NCBI GenBank assembly: GCA_965660445.1 | Contig: CBFIAK010000001.1 | Span: 704,001-768,000 of the forward strand | DNA length: 64,000 nucleotides | Direction of reading: 5' to 3' | Source: Patescibacteria group bacterium | GTDB taxonomy: Bacteria; Patescibacteriota; Gracilibacteria; UBA4473 | Part shown: positions 10,075 through 19,954 of the stretch, one piece after another | Layout of the letters: each line of letters starts with the position of its first letter | Numbering within the stretch: the stretch's first letter is position 1 | Made by a program: the position numbers and the translations under genes | Notes under the pieces: model-generated | Told to the model about the DNA's origin: nothing | Databases searched by the model: none | Seen by the model: only the letters and a program-made list of their open reading frames with translations

Positions 10075-11244
10075 TCAATGTTCTTTTAATACAATCTCAA
10101 TCCCCGGCAGAGAAGTTCCGCCTAAAAATTGAAGCATAGCGCCTCCACCCATAGAAACATGAGTAAAATCAGAAAATGGTACATTCCATTTTCGCAAAGC
10201 CTTAATAGTATCTCCACCACCAATAATAGTTTTTGAATTTTTTTGTCGTCGAATACATTCAAGTATCGCCTTTGTCCCGTGAGCAAAGGCTTCTGATTCT
10301 AATACCCCTAATGGTCCATTCCAAATAATTGTATGAGAATAGTTTAGTATTTCACTATAACTTTGGATAGTTCTTACCCCGATATCAAAAATACCCAGAT
10401 TCACAAACGCCTCATCGGCTGGCAAATCCAGTGTTTCGGTACTTTCGATAGTATCTGCACACACAACATCAACGGGCAAATGAATGCCTGTTTTGTGTTG
10501 GTTTGCTATTTTTAAAATCCGCCGTGCATGTTTTACATAATCAGGTTCATACACACTCGTTCCAACTTCATACCCTTGTGCTACTAAAAAAGTGTTAGCC
10601 ATACCACCACCCAGCAATATATTATCGGCAATAACGGCGAAATGCTCAAGAACGGGGATTTTTGTTTCCATTTTAACACCACTCATAACAACCGTTAACC
10701 CCAACTGCTTTTCATCAGTACAGAATGGGAGAAGCATTTGCACTTCTTTTTCTAACAGAAATCCAGCATAACACGGTATTTGTTTTGCAAAACCAACAAC
10801 CGATGCATGCGCTCTATGTGACACAGAAAAGGCATCATTTACAAATATATCTGGTTGCAAAGCCATCATAATACGCTGAATAAAAGCGGCATCATTCTTT
10901 TTCTCTTCTGGAAAAAACCGTGTATTTTCATGTATTTGTACTCGGCTATTTCCAGCGGTGAAATCTGATCGAAATTCAACGGACTCATTCAGAATTTTTG
11001 ATAGAAAAGGAACTAATTTTTGTGTTGAAAGATGTAGGTCTGCATCACTTTTTGGTCTTCCTATATGAGTGAAAATATGAATTTGAGAAGCTCCGTGTTC
11101 CAATAAGTATCGCAATGTTGGAATCGCTTGTTCTATACGAGAAGGATCTTGAATAACCCCATCACGCAATGGAACATTAAAATCAACACGAATACAAACA
11201 ATAGCATTTTCTATAACTGAAGGGGTCAGTGTTCGAAGATTCAT
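10075..11244 (-). CDS. pgk: Phosphoglycerate kinase
   Basis: RVDFNVPL, HIGRP, NDAF..SHRAHAS, WNGPLG, GGGDT, SMGGGA. Confidence 0.96.
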   Translation of the reverse strand: MNLRTLTPSVIENAIVCIRVDFNVPLRDGVIQDPSRIEQAIPTLRYLLEHGASQIHIFTHIGRPKSDADLHLSTQKLVPFLSKILNESVEFRSDFTAGNSRVQIHENTRFFPEEKKNDAAFIQRIMMALQPDIFVNDAFSVSHRAHASVVGFAKQIPCYAGFLLEKEVQMLLPFCTDEKQLGLTVVMSGVKMETKIPVLEHFAVIADNILLGGGMANTFLVAQGYEVGTSVYEPDYVKHARRILKIANQHKTGIHLPVDVVCADTIESTETLDLPADEAFVNLGIFDIGVRTIQSYSEILNYSHTIIWNGPLGVLESEAFAHGTKAILECIRRQKNSKTIIGGGDTIKALRKWNVPFSDFTHVSMGGGAMLQFLGGTSLPGIEIVLKEH

Positions 11245-11455
11245 AAAAAATAATCAAGAAATATATCTTCATTCTAAAGGGTACACAAAAACGAATCAAA
11301 TTTTTTGACAACAAAGAAAAAAGTGGGCATTATAGAGACATTGATATTTGAAAATTCAGAAATCACGCCTTTTCTTATTTCCTTGTTTTCATGAAAGAAA
11401 TACAAAGTAATAGAAAAGAGTGTTTTATTTTTTTTAAAAAAGAAAGGAGAAATGC

Positions 11456-11827
11456 ATGCAAAATGCTACCATAAAAGGGCGACTTAGACGCCAAAGCCCG
11501 ATCCAAAAGGATGATAAAGATGATAAAGAAGTCATTGAAGCTCAACAAATTCTCAAAAATGACATTGAAAGAGAAATAGTTGGAGAAATACGATTCCAGA
11601 AAAAAAGAGGAGTCGGAGGAGATGAAAGAATAATCATACCTAAAAAAAAGAAAACAAGAGTGTTTAAAAGATATTCTCGAGTGAATATACTCTGTGAAGA
11701 ATACAAGAAAATACTCTTAAAAAAATATAATCTAACTGATAGATACGCACTTATCCGCAAAGACAATAGTGCGTATTGGATCATTGCAATTCCCCCTCAC
11801 AATTTTTTACAAGAAACATATCAATAA
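11456..11827 (+). CDS. Hypothetical basic protein (orphan, SD-led)
   Basis: TTGACA 11305, AAGGAG 11444-11449, terminator 11841-11874. Confidence 0.7.
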   Translation: MQNATIKGRLRRQSPIQKDDKDDKEVIEAQQILKNDIEREIVGEIRFQKKRGVGGDERIIIPKKKKTRVFKRYSRVNILCEEYKKILLKKYNLTDRYALIRKDNSAYWIIAIPPHNFLQETYQ

Positions 11828-11840
11828 TTTTTTTAAACAT

Positions 11841-11874
11841 ACTCCGACAATAAGTGTATTGTCGGAGTTTTTTT
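11841..11874 (+). terminator. Intrinsic terminator
   Basis: 12-bp perfect stem actccgacaata/tattgtcggagt plus T-run. Confidence 0.85.
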
Positions 11875-11912
11875 ATTTTCTTTTTTTTATTTTTTCATAC
11901 ACTAAAAAACGC

Positions 11913-13331
11913 ATGGAATTAGAAACTATTATCGGTCTTGAGGTACACGCACAACTCTCAACAAAAACAAAGCTTTGGTGTGGGTGTGATAACGATGCAT
12001 TTCAAAAAGAACCCAATACATGCGTGTGTCCAATATGCATGGGATTTCCAGGAACGCTCCCAACCCTTAATAAAGAAGCGGTTAAAAAAGCCGTTTTTGC
12101 TGGAAAATCTATTGGATGCACAATCAACGCACAAACAAAATTCGATCGAAAAAATTATTTTTATCCTGATCTCCCAACGGGATATCAGATTTCTCAATAT
12201 GATATTCCTATAGCTGAGAAAGGGAGCATTCCAATACACACTCAAAACGGAAAACGATTGATAGGGGTTACTCGTATTCATCTCGAAAACGATGCTGGAA
12301 AATTAACGCATACCACACAAGGAACATTATGTGACTATAATCGATGCGGAACACCGCTCATTGAAATTGTTACTGAACCAGAAATAAGATCTGCCGAAGA
12401 AGCTCAAAGTTTCGCAAAAGAACTTCAGAAATTACTTCGTTATATTGGAGTATCAGATGCGGATATGGAAAAAGGAATGATGCGTTTTGATGCTTCTATT
12501 TCCCTCCGTCCAAAAGGAGAAAAAAAACTATATCCCCGAACAGAAATTAAAAATCTCAATTCGTTTACCAGTCTTAAAAAAGCCTTGCAATACGAAGAAG
12601 AAAGACAAAAAAAAGCATGGGAATTAGGAAATCCTTCATCTTACGAAACAACAGTTGGTTGGATTGAAGAAGAGAACAAAACACAACTCATGAGAAAAAA
12701 AGAATCTGCTGATGATTACCGGTATTTTCCAGAACCTGATATTCCTCCATTAGACTTGGATACCATTCCAAACCTATTATCACAGGAGGAATCATTTGAA
12801 ACTCCGTTTGAAAAATACGAGCGGTATCGGAACGAATACCAACTCAATGAGAATGATGCCCTGAAATTAACAGAAACCAAGACACTGTCTGTATTTTATG
12901 AAACAGCGGTAACACTATCGGGAGATGCAAAAAGATCAGCGGGATTTTTATTGAGTGAAATCTTACGTGATTCTCAATGGTATAAAACCCCTATTACACC
13001 TCAACATATTGCTGATGTGATTCAGCTTGTTGATACAGGGAAATTATCGAATTCAGGAGCAAAACGGATCCTTCAAGAAGCTCTCCGAATTGATAAAAAT
13101 GCAGAACAACTAATGCAAGCGCTTAAACTCGAACAAAACTCAAATCAAAACCAACTCGAAGAATGGATTCAAGAAGTTTTACAAGAAAACCCTCAATCTA
13201 TCGAAGACTACAATGATGGAAAAACAAAAGCCCTTCAGTATTTGATGGGACAAGTTATGAAAAAATCAAAAGGAAGTGCAAACCCGCCGCTTATTCAAGA
13301 AATCCTTTATCAAAAAATAAAAAGCGAATAA
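11913..13331 (+). CDS. gatB: Asp/Glu-tRNA amidotransferase subunit B
   Basis: IGLEVHAQL, RKNYFYPDLP, EIKNLNS, DYRYFPEPD; start MELETI. Confidence 0.97.
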   Translation: MELETIIGLEVHAQLSTKTKLWCGCDNDAFQKEPNTCVCPICMGFPGTLPTLNKEAVKKAVFAGKSIGCTINAQTKFDRKNYFYPDLPTGYQISQYDIPIAEKGSIPIHTQNGKRLIGVTRIHLENDAGKLTHTTQGTLCDYNRCGTPLIEIVTEPEIRSAEEAQSFAKELQKLLRYIGVSDADMEKGMMRFDASISLRPKGEKKLYPRTEIKNLNSFTSLKKALQYEEERQKKAWELGNPSSYETTVGWIEEENKTQLMRKKESADDYRYFPEPDIPPLDLDTIPNLLSQEESFETPFEKYERYRNEYQLNENDALKLTETKTLSVFYETAVTLSGDAKRSAGFLLSEILRDSQWYKTPITPQHIADVIQLVDTGKLSNSGAKRILQEALRIDKNAEQLMQALKLEQNSNQNQLEEWIQEVLQENPQSIEDYNDGKTKALQYLMGQVMKKSKGSANPPLIQEILYQKIKSE

Positions 13332-13393
13332 AAAATATTGAGAAAGTGAAACATCTGTGATATAATGGAAAAAAATTTCTAATACAAAACCCA

Positions 13394-13615
13394 ATGTTTA
13401 TTCTTGAATACGCAAAAGAAATAATGTTTCTCTGCTTTGGAGTTGGGTTTCTAACAATGTCATTCTTTATTACACGATCAGTTATTCGCATTCACTCATT
13501 GCTTCAAAAACTGGATGATTTGAGTGATCTTTTTATAACATACATTCAACGACCTCTATCGCTTATTATTCAAGCACATAAAGCAGTAAATGGAATACGA
13601 AAATGGTTTCAATAA
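13394..13615 (+). CDS. Small single-TM hypothetical protein
   Basis: Hydrophobic N-terminal helix, TATAAT upstream, abuts next gene. Confidence 0.6.
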   Translation: MFILEYAKEIMFLCFGVGFLTMSFFITRSVIRIHSLLQKLDDLSDLFITYIQRPLSLIIQAHKAVNGIRKWFQ

Positions 13616-13624
13616 TCGTAGTTG

Positions 13625-14545
13625 ATGCATACACCAAATGAGCGATACCCAAGAACAATGATTCTTTTTGAAGTGGTTCAATGGGGATTTTTTCTGTTAA
13701 TATGGATATGGGCATGGAGTAATAATTTTTCAATCTTTGGCGTAATAATAGCTATTATAGTTTCTAGTCTATTTCTCTATGCTGGATGGATAGAACCATT
13801 TCGTTTAAAAACAGAAAATATATTTTTGCATATTCCAAAACTACCATCTTGTCGAATTCTTGTGGTATCTGATATTCATATAGGGCCTTATAAAGGAAAA
13901 CGATGGATAAGAAAAACAGTACAGGCTATCAATAAGACAGAAGCGGATATAGTTTGTATTCCGGGAGACTTTTTATACGGAGGAGCTCTTATTTATGCTG
14001 AAACACTAAAAGAATTAAAAGATATCAATAAACCGGTCTATGCCACCCTTGGGAATCACGACCATGCACCAAACAAATCACTCGATCAAAAACAAGCACA
14101 AAAAATAATACAGACACTGAAAGATGCCCATATAAAAGTACTCAATAATGAATCTCTTGTGTGGGAAGATAAATCTATTCTTATCGCTGGAATAGATGAT
14201 AATTATTTACATTTCGATAATATAGAACAAGCGATGCATCAGGGTGAGGGAGACAAGAAACCAACTGTTTTACTCGCTCATTCACCTGATATTCTTGATA
14301 ATAGACAACTCAAGACAAAAAAACCGTGTCTTATACTTTGTGGACACACACATGGTGGGCAAATACGTTTTCCTTTTTTAGGCGCTTTATCCTATACAAT
14401 TCCCGCAAAAGAGGGGAATAAGCGAGATAAAGGACTCAAAAGAGAACATAATATTCCGTGTTTTATTTCTGTAGGAGTTGGTGAAACCAGTACTCGAATG
14501 CGTTTTTTAAACCCACCAACTATCTCTCTTTTGAATATAAATTAG
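13625..14545 (+). CDS. Membrane-anchored metallophosphoesterase (YkuE/YaeI-like)
   Basis: SDIH, GD, GNHD, LAHSPD, GHTHGGQ. Confidence 0.9.
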   Translation: MHTPNERYPRTMILFEVVQWGFFLLIWIWAWSNNFSIFGVIIAIIVSSLFLYAGWIEPFRLKTENIFLHIPKLPSCRILVVSDIHIGPYKGKRWIRKTVQAINKTEADIVCIPGDFLYGGALIYAETLKELKDINKPVYATLGNHDHAPNKSLDQKQAQKIIQTLKDAHIKVLNNESLVWEDKSILIAGIDDNYLHFDNIEQAMHQGEGDKKPTVLLAHSPDILDNRQLKTKKPCLILCGHTHGGQIRFPFLGALSYTIPAKEGNKRDKGLKREHNIPCFISVGVGETSTRMRFLNPPTISLLNIN

Positions 14546-14574
14546 TTGACAATGTCATGACATATACATATAAA
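14546..14574 (+). promoter_or_regulatory. sigma70 promoter with palindromic operator
   Basis: TTGACA-17-TATAAA; perfect palindrome ATGTCATGACAT at 14552-14563 in the spacer. Confidence 0.65.
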
Positions 14575-14580
14575 ACAAAC

Positions 14581-14847
14581 ATGTCACACATTCAAATTCG
14601 AATATCAGAAGAAGAAAAAGAGTATGCACAACAACTTTTCCGATCAATGGGCCTGAGTATGTCTGGGGCTATTAAGCTCTTTATTCGCAAATCAATACAA
14701 GATGATGCACTTCCTTTTGATGTATCAGCAAGATCAATTATCAAAAAGCCATCCTCAAAAAAAGAAAAAGAACCGAAACAACCCCAAAAACAACAGCCGA
14801 AACCATCGGCAAATCGGTTTTCAAATTTTGTAAAAAAAGAAATATAA
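14581..14847 (+). CDS. RelB/DinJ-family ribbon-helix-helix antitoxin
   Basis: IQIRISEEEKEYAQQLFRSMGLSMSGAIKLFIRKSIQDDALPFDV matches the RelB/DinJ pattern. Confidence 0.85.
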   Translation: MSHIQIRISEEEKEYAQQLFRSMGLSMSGAIKLFIRKSIQDDALPFDVSARSIIKKPSSKKEKEPKQPQKQQPKPSANRFSNFVKKEI

Positions 14848-14880
14848 AAAAAATAACACTGTGATAAATCACAGTGTTAT
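14846..14880 (-). terminator. Palindromic terminator between convergent genes
   Basis: ataacactgtgat-aa-atcacagtgttat with T-run on minus strand. Confidence 0.75.
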
Positions 14881-14884
14881 ATAT

Positions 14885-15310
14885 TTAATAATACAGCCAA
14901 CAAAAAGTATTTTCTTCATTCTGAGGTATTTTCAACTTGTAATGAAAATGACTGTACAGAAAAAGTAAATCACAGAGAATTGGCTCATATTCTTTCGTAA
15001 AGTTCCACCTTGATAGGGAAATCCGAACCTCATAAAGGTGCGGTGATCGCAGTGGAAAGTGTGCATCAAGCAAAGGAAGTAAATCAGTCGGTATCTCTCG
15101 AAACCAATGAAGAAATCGTGTATACATATCAATTCTTTTTTGAATAAGAGATACGAGAGATTGTTTATCAGCATAGAGAAGACTGTAGTGTTTTAGATCT
15201 TCTATTGCTGATGGAAGAGAAGATACAATACTTTCAGTGTGAAGGATTTCTTTTGATTGTAAAAGATCCTTCACATCTGAAGGTACCATTGTTAAACGAA
15301 TACTATTCAT
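14885..15310 (-). CDS. Hypothetical protein (orphan, SD-led)
   Basis: AGGAG before ATG 15310; second gene of a two-gene unit. Confidence 0.7.
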   Translation of the reverse strand: MNSIRLTMVPSDVKDLLQSKEILHTESIVSSLPSAIEDLKHYSLLYADKQSLVSLIQKRIDMYTRFLHWFREIPTDLLPLLDAHFPLRSPHLYEVRISLSRWNFTKEYEPILCDLLFLYSHFHYKLKIPQNEENTFCWLYY

Positions 15311-15323
15311 AAGTACTCCTGAT

Positions 15324-15776
15324 TTATGATAGATAGTAATTCTTACCATGTATATATGGTGTTAAAAAAACTTCAAACTGCTTTCCCACCGCCTTATACT
15401 GAGTGATAAGAGGAGGAAAATTTTTCCTGCTCATATGAGCATCAAGTAACCCTTTATTCATATGTGTTTTCTTGATGAAGATCCGAATTTTTAATGGATC
15501 TAGTTTTGGACACTCAATAGTCATTTCCGAGCGAATAACCGCTGGAATATGAGTAAGTGTATAGAGTAAATACTCATACTGATGCCATAACTGAAGCTGT
15601 TCATAAGCATTCACATCACAGGTTAAAGACAATGAATCTAGGGGTGTCCCTCGTTTTAAAATTTGTACTCTTTTTTGTAGAGAATGAATAATATTCTCAG
15701 AAAAAAATCCGGAATCGGATAAGATTGCCGAAGCCATTTTACGTCTTTTTTTAGGCGGAGAAATGGTAGTAAGCAT
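15324..15776 (-). CDS. Hypothetical protein (orphan, SD-led)
   Basis: AAGGAGG at 15783-15789; TATAAT at 15815-15820. Confidence 0.7.
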   Translation of the reverse strand: MLTTISPPKKRRKMASAILSDSGFFSENIIHSLQKRVQILKRGTPLDSLSLTCDVNAYEQLQLWHQYEYLLYTLTHIPAVIRSEMTIECPKLDPLKIRIFIKKTHMNKGLLDAHMSRKNFPPLITQYKAVGKQFEVFLTPYIHGKNYYLS

Positions 15777-15833
15777 GATATGCCTCCTTTAATGAATAAT
15801 GTAAAAGAACTCACATTATAAATAGAACAAAAT

Positions 15834-16286
15834 CTAAACCGTGTCCAATTTTTCATTTACTATTTGATCGGCAATTTTATTTTTTTCTCGAGGAACATGT
15901 GTAAAAACAAGAGACGTGAAATTATTTTTTAGATTTTGTATCTCTTGAGCAATAGGTTTTATGTTCTGATTTTTTATTTTCCAACGACCACTCATTTGTT
16001 CTACAATAAGTTTTGAATCGAGAAAAACAGAAAGATGAGTTATGCCATGATTGAGTGCCATAGCAAGTCCATCACGAACAGCACAATACTCAGCAAAGTT
16101 ATTTGTTTGTATACCATAATACCAACCAGATCGTGCTTGTTCTGTTTTTTGATCATCATACAGAACCGCTCCACCGGCACACCGACCAGGATTTCCACGT
16201 GATCCACCATCACAAAACAAAACACCATGTTTATCAACACAATCACCTTTTTGTGATACAGAAAGAGAATCAAAAAGTGTTATCAT
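15834..16286 (-). CDS. rnhA: Ribonuclease HI family protein
   Basis: CDGGSRGNPG, TNNFAEY, DSKLIVEQMSG.W, HVPREKNKIAD. Confidence 0.92.
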   Translation of the reverse strand: MITLFDSLSVSQKGDCVDKHGVLFCDGGSRGNPGRCAGGAVLYDDQKTEQARSGWYYGIQTNNFAEYCAVRDGLAMALNHGITHLSVFLDSKLIVEQMSGRWKIKNQNIKPIAQEIQNLKNNFTSLVFTHVPREKNKIADQIVNEKLDTV

Positions 16287-17536
16287 GATAAAAACCGAGT
16301 CTGAAGGAAAGAAGAAAGATCGGCAATAGGAACAGAAACTGGATTTGTATCATCTGTACGAAATGATACTTCAACCGATTGTGATGACAACGTTTTTTCT
16401 GAAACAATAACCCGACAACTTATGCCTAAAAGTTCGCTATCAGCCATTTTTTGTCCAGCACCTATTTTTTTATCTCGTCGATCATCATATAAAACTTCTA
16501 ATCCTTGTGCATGTAAGAGTGTGTATAATTTTTCAGATACTTCGTACGGTGTGTCATCTCTTCCAAGTGCCACAATACAGACCTGAAACGGAGCAATATT
16601 CATGGGCCATAAAAGTCCTTTTTCGTCATGAAATATTTCAGCAAGCACCCCCATAATACGAGAAATACCAATACCATAACAGCCCATAATAACTTCTTGA
16701 GGTTGTCCTGATTGATCAAGGGCTGAAAACTGAAATGCGTGTGAAAATTTAGTTGAAAGAGGAAATATATTTCCAACTTCAATAGCATTTTTTACATCAA
16801 ACCGATTTGATTTCTGGTCTTCTTCACTCACAATTTCTTTATTAAACGCTTCACCGGTTTCTTTATCAATATAGATTTCATCTTCTCCTATATCAGAGAT
16901 TGTTTGAAATTCATGTGAATAACGAGAGAAATCACCCCCACTAGCCGCTACAATACGAGTTATATCACCAAGACCAAGTCGATTATAAATACGCATATAC
17001 ACTTCTTTCATCTGTTCATAATAGGTTTCAAAATCGCCTTGTGTGAGGTGAAATGAATACGCATCTTTCATCAAAAACTCACGTCCACGAAGTAATCCTG
17101 ATTTTGCACGAGCTTCGTTTCGAAACTTCGTTTGAATTTGATACACCGCAACAGGAAAATCTTTATAAGAATGAGCATAATATTGGAGAAGGGGAGTAAC
17201 CGTTTCTTCATGTGTTGGAGAAAGAGCTCCCTTTTGCCCTCCTGCCATATCAATTTGATATAAACAATCCATTGTGTTCCATCGCCCCGTTATATCCCAC
17301 GATGCTTTATTGGCTAAAGCAGGCATAAGAATTTCTTGTACTCCTGCTGCATCCATTTCCGAACGTACAATGGACTCTATTTTGCGTAGTACTCGGAGTC
17401 CAAGTGGTAAGTATGAATAGACCCCTGCCATTTCTTTTCGAATAAATCCAGCCCGCAAAAGAAGTTCTGCATTCTTCGCAGATTCCTGAGCAGGAATTTC
17501 TTTTTGGGTCTTTGTAAACAAATGAGAATATTTCAT
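16283..17536 (-). CDS. proS: Proline--tRNA ligase (short form lacking editing domain)
   Basis: PTHEE, FRNEARAKSGLLRGREFLMKDAYSF, MGCYGIG; 417 aa. Confidence 0.96.
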   Translation of the reverse strand: MKYSHLFTKTQKEIPAQESAKNAELLLRAGFIRKEMAGVYSYLPLGLRVLRKIESIVRSEMDAAGVQEILMPALANKASWDITGRWNTMDCLYQIDMAGGQKGALSPTHEETVTPLLQYYAHSYKDFPVAVYQIQTKFRNEARAKSGLLRGREFLMKDAYSFHLTQGDFETYYEQMKEVYMRIYNRLGLGDITRIVAASGGDFSRYSHEFQTISDIGEDEIYIDKETGEAFNKEIVSEEDQKSNRFDVKNAIEVGNIFPLSTKFSHAFQFSALDQSGQPQEVIMGCYGIGISRIMGVLAEIFHDEKGLLWPMNIAPFQVCIVALGRDDTPYEVSEKLYTLLHAQGLEVLYDDRRDKKIGAGQKMADSELLGISCRVIVSEKTLSSQSVEVSFRTDDTNPVSVPIADLSSFLQTRFLS

Positions 17537-17656
17537 AAAAGAGGAGATAATCGAAAATCATAGTACTGATTTTCAAAAAAGGAGCAAGAATGAGTTTTTT
17601 TCTTGAAAAAGACTTAAAAAAAGAGTATAATGACAAGATTTTTTAAGAAACGAAAT

Positions 17657-18247
17657 ATGCACACACCCTCACAAACAATTGCCAATGAATTTCTTGCTAT
17701 TGCACAAAAACACAAACAATCAGGAGATACACACACAGCACTGCAATATGTTCACAAAAGTATTTTTCAAAATCTAGAATGTGGGACTTCTTATGAGATA
17801 CTTGCCGATATCTATATAGCGCAAAACGAATACAAAAAAGCAAAAAAAGCACTGCAACAAGCATTAAAGATAAATAAAGATTCTGAAAATGCACTGTATT
17901 TAATGGGATTCGTCTTATCATTAGAAGAGTTATGGGAAGAATCAGTCATGTATCTAGCAGAAGCTGATAAGAAAACTCCACACATACCTGAAATAATTCG
18001 TTGTCTGGGATGGTCTTATTATCACAAAGGAGAAGAAGAAAAAGGCATTGCTCTTTTGGAAAGAGCAAAAAACATGAATCCTATCGATAGTAATATACTT
18101 TGTGATCTAGGAGTATGCTACATGGAAAATGATGAATTTGAAAAAGCAGAAAATATTTTCAAGACCATTATTCAAAACGATAAAGAGTCCTATCAAGCAC
18201 AAGAATGTTTAAAGATTCTTGAACAAATGAAACAAAGTTTCTTATAA
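17657..18247 (+). CDS. Tetratricopeptide repeat protein
   Basis: Repeating LG..Y...G....A...L..A....P pattern. Confidence 0.85.
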   Translation: MHTPSQTIANEFLAIAQKHKQSGDTHTALQYVHKSIFQNLECGTSYEILADIYIAQNEYKKAKKALQQALKINKDSENALYLMGFVLSLEELWEESVMYLAEADKKTPHIPEIIRCLGWSYYHKGEEEKGIALLERAKNMNPIDSNILCDLGVCYMENDEFEKAENIFKTIIQNDKESYQAQECLKILEQMKQSFL

Positions 18248-18326
18248 AAAAACCAAAAGATTCTTGAAATAAAAGTATAGGTTTCTATACTAAGAAAGCT
18301 CTGTACTTTTTAAAAATATTTATCAC

Positions 18327-18644
18327 ATGGCAGAAATTATCAATAAATCAAGTTTTGATGACAAAGTAAGAAACTCATCAGATGTTGTCTTAGTTGACTT
18401 CTTTGCAACATGGTGTGGACCATGCCAAGCTCTTATTCCAATCATAGACCAACTTTCAACAGAAGTACCAGAGAATGCAAAGGTTTATAAAATTGATGTT
18501 GATCAAGAACCAGAACTCGCAAGTGAGTTTGGTATTATGTCTATCCCTGCATTAAAAGTATTTAAGGGTGGAAAAGTAGTAGAAGAAGCAATGGGAGTTC
18601 GTCCAAAAGAAGATCTTTTAAAAATGATAGAAAATCATTTATAA
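18327..18644 (+). CDS. trxA: Thioredoxin
   Basis: DFFATWCGPC. Confidence 0.97.
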   Translation: MAEIINKSSFDDKVRNSSDVVLVDFFATWCGPCQALIPIIDQLSTEVPENAKVYKIDVDQEPELASEFGIMSIPALKVFKGGKVVEEAMGVRPKEDLLKMIENHL

Positions 18645-18691
18645 ACCAATAATTGGTTTCTTTTTATTCAAAAAATAAGTCTTACAAAGAC

Positions 18692-19954
18692 TTATTTTTT
18701 TATATTTTCTTTATTTAAGTTTTGTTCTAAAGTTTTGAAAAATAAGTCTGATGAAATTTCTGATGGATGAGAAAAAAATGCCTGAAATGTTTCATCAAAG
18801 ACTTTGTTTTCTGTCTGATATGATATTGGCGATGAAAGAAAATGAGCTACGGATGCCTGTCGAATCCAAGGAGCTAAAAAGAAATGGTCCTGAAACTCAA
18901 AAAACAAATCACGACGTGAAGGAGGCATGAAAGTACTCAACACAAAAGATCGTTGGTATTCTTTCTGAGCAATAAAACTCAAGAATTTCCATGACAGCAA
19001 TGGATCAGTGGCTGCATGAGGAATAGCACCTACAAAAATACGAGCGGGTAAAGACGATGTTTTTGTCTGATCAAAAACTGGGAATAACACAGAAAACACA
19101 TTATTCTCTTCATTGACCATACTCCATGCTTCTGAAGGATATCGAACTAAAAAACGATATTGTTGAGATACAAAACCTTCTTCTTCTGATACAGGAATTG
19201 AATGAGGAAAAGAAAAAAACAGAGAAGTTACATCTCGAGCTGGTTCAAATAAAGCCGTAGAAGAAATTGGTTCTGAAAAAGAAGCAAAATCATATTCTGC
19301 ATTTTCAAAGTTATAAAACGATTTTCGTTTCTGCCAAAAAAGAGAACGAAGAATATCATTTCGATGAGTTACAAGAGGAGAGGCACCAAAAGGAACGGGG
19401 ATATCATCAGAATAAGCATTTAGAAAATCATTCCATGTCAGGGGTACTCGTTGGAGATCTTCAGGATTGATATCAAGAAGGGATTGTTGCGTGGGTTGCA
19501 ATAATACGCCAAGTGTCTCTATACCCAAAGGAACTGCCCATATAGTATTTTCATCCAATAGATGATGAGTTGCATCTGAATAATCATCTTTAAATTTTTG
19601 AACCGTAAGTATTTTTGAAAAGTCTGAAACAGGTTGAAATAAATGTGGAAAATCAAGAACGGTATGAGAATACAAAAACACAACATCTGGTAACTCGTTT
19701 TTTATAGAAGCATGAAGTAATGCTTGAGTCATATCATATTCTGTTTCAAACTCACGAACCGATACTGACAAAATTAGTTCTGGAATATGCGCATCAAATT
19801 CACGAATAAAAGCTTCAAAAGTTTCTGAAGACTGAAGTGTCCATACGGTAAAAGACTGTTCTTTAATAACAGGGATTGATGATGACGAACACCCCGTTAC
19901 AAAAAACGATACGAGAGATATGAAAACACTCAATGTCCATTGTTTACTTTTCAT
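18692..19954 (-). CDS. Extracellular solute-binding lipoprotein (sugar ABC family-like)
   Basis: Lipobox VTGC, PDVV, IWAVPLGIET, WKFLSF, PPSRRD; no permease adjacent. Confidence 0.7.
   Translation of the reverse strand: MKSKQWTLSVFISLVSFFVTGCSSSSIPVIKEQSFTVWTLQSSETFEAFIREFDAHIPELILSVSVREFETEYDMTQALLHASIKNELPDVVFLYSHTVLDFPHLFQPVSDFSKILTVQKFKDDYSDATHHLLDENTIWAVPLGIETLGVLLQPTQQSLLDINPEDLQRVPLTWNDFLNAYSDDIPVPFGASPLVTHRNDILRSLFWQKRKSFYNFENAEYDFASFSEPISSTALFEPARDVTSLFFSFPHSIPVSEEEGFVSQQYRFLVRYPSEAWSMVNEENNVFSVLFPVFDQTKTSSLPARIFVGAIPHAATDPLLSWKFLSFIAQKEYQRSFVLSTFMPPSRRDLFFEFQDHFFLAPWIRQASVAHFLSSPISYQTENKVFDETFQAFFSHPSEISSDLFFKTLEQNLNKENIKK

Noticed and set aside
18305-18316. GTACTTTTTAAAA upstream of trxA as another boxA-like site
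   Set aside because: Weak match in T/A-rich DNA and trxA has no SD. Kept as a caution that the motif needs a background test.
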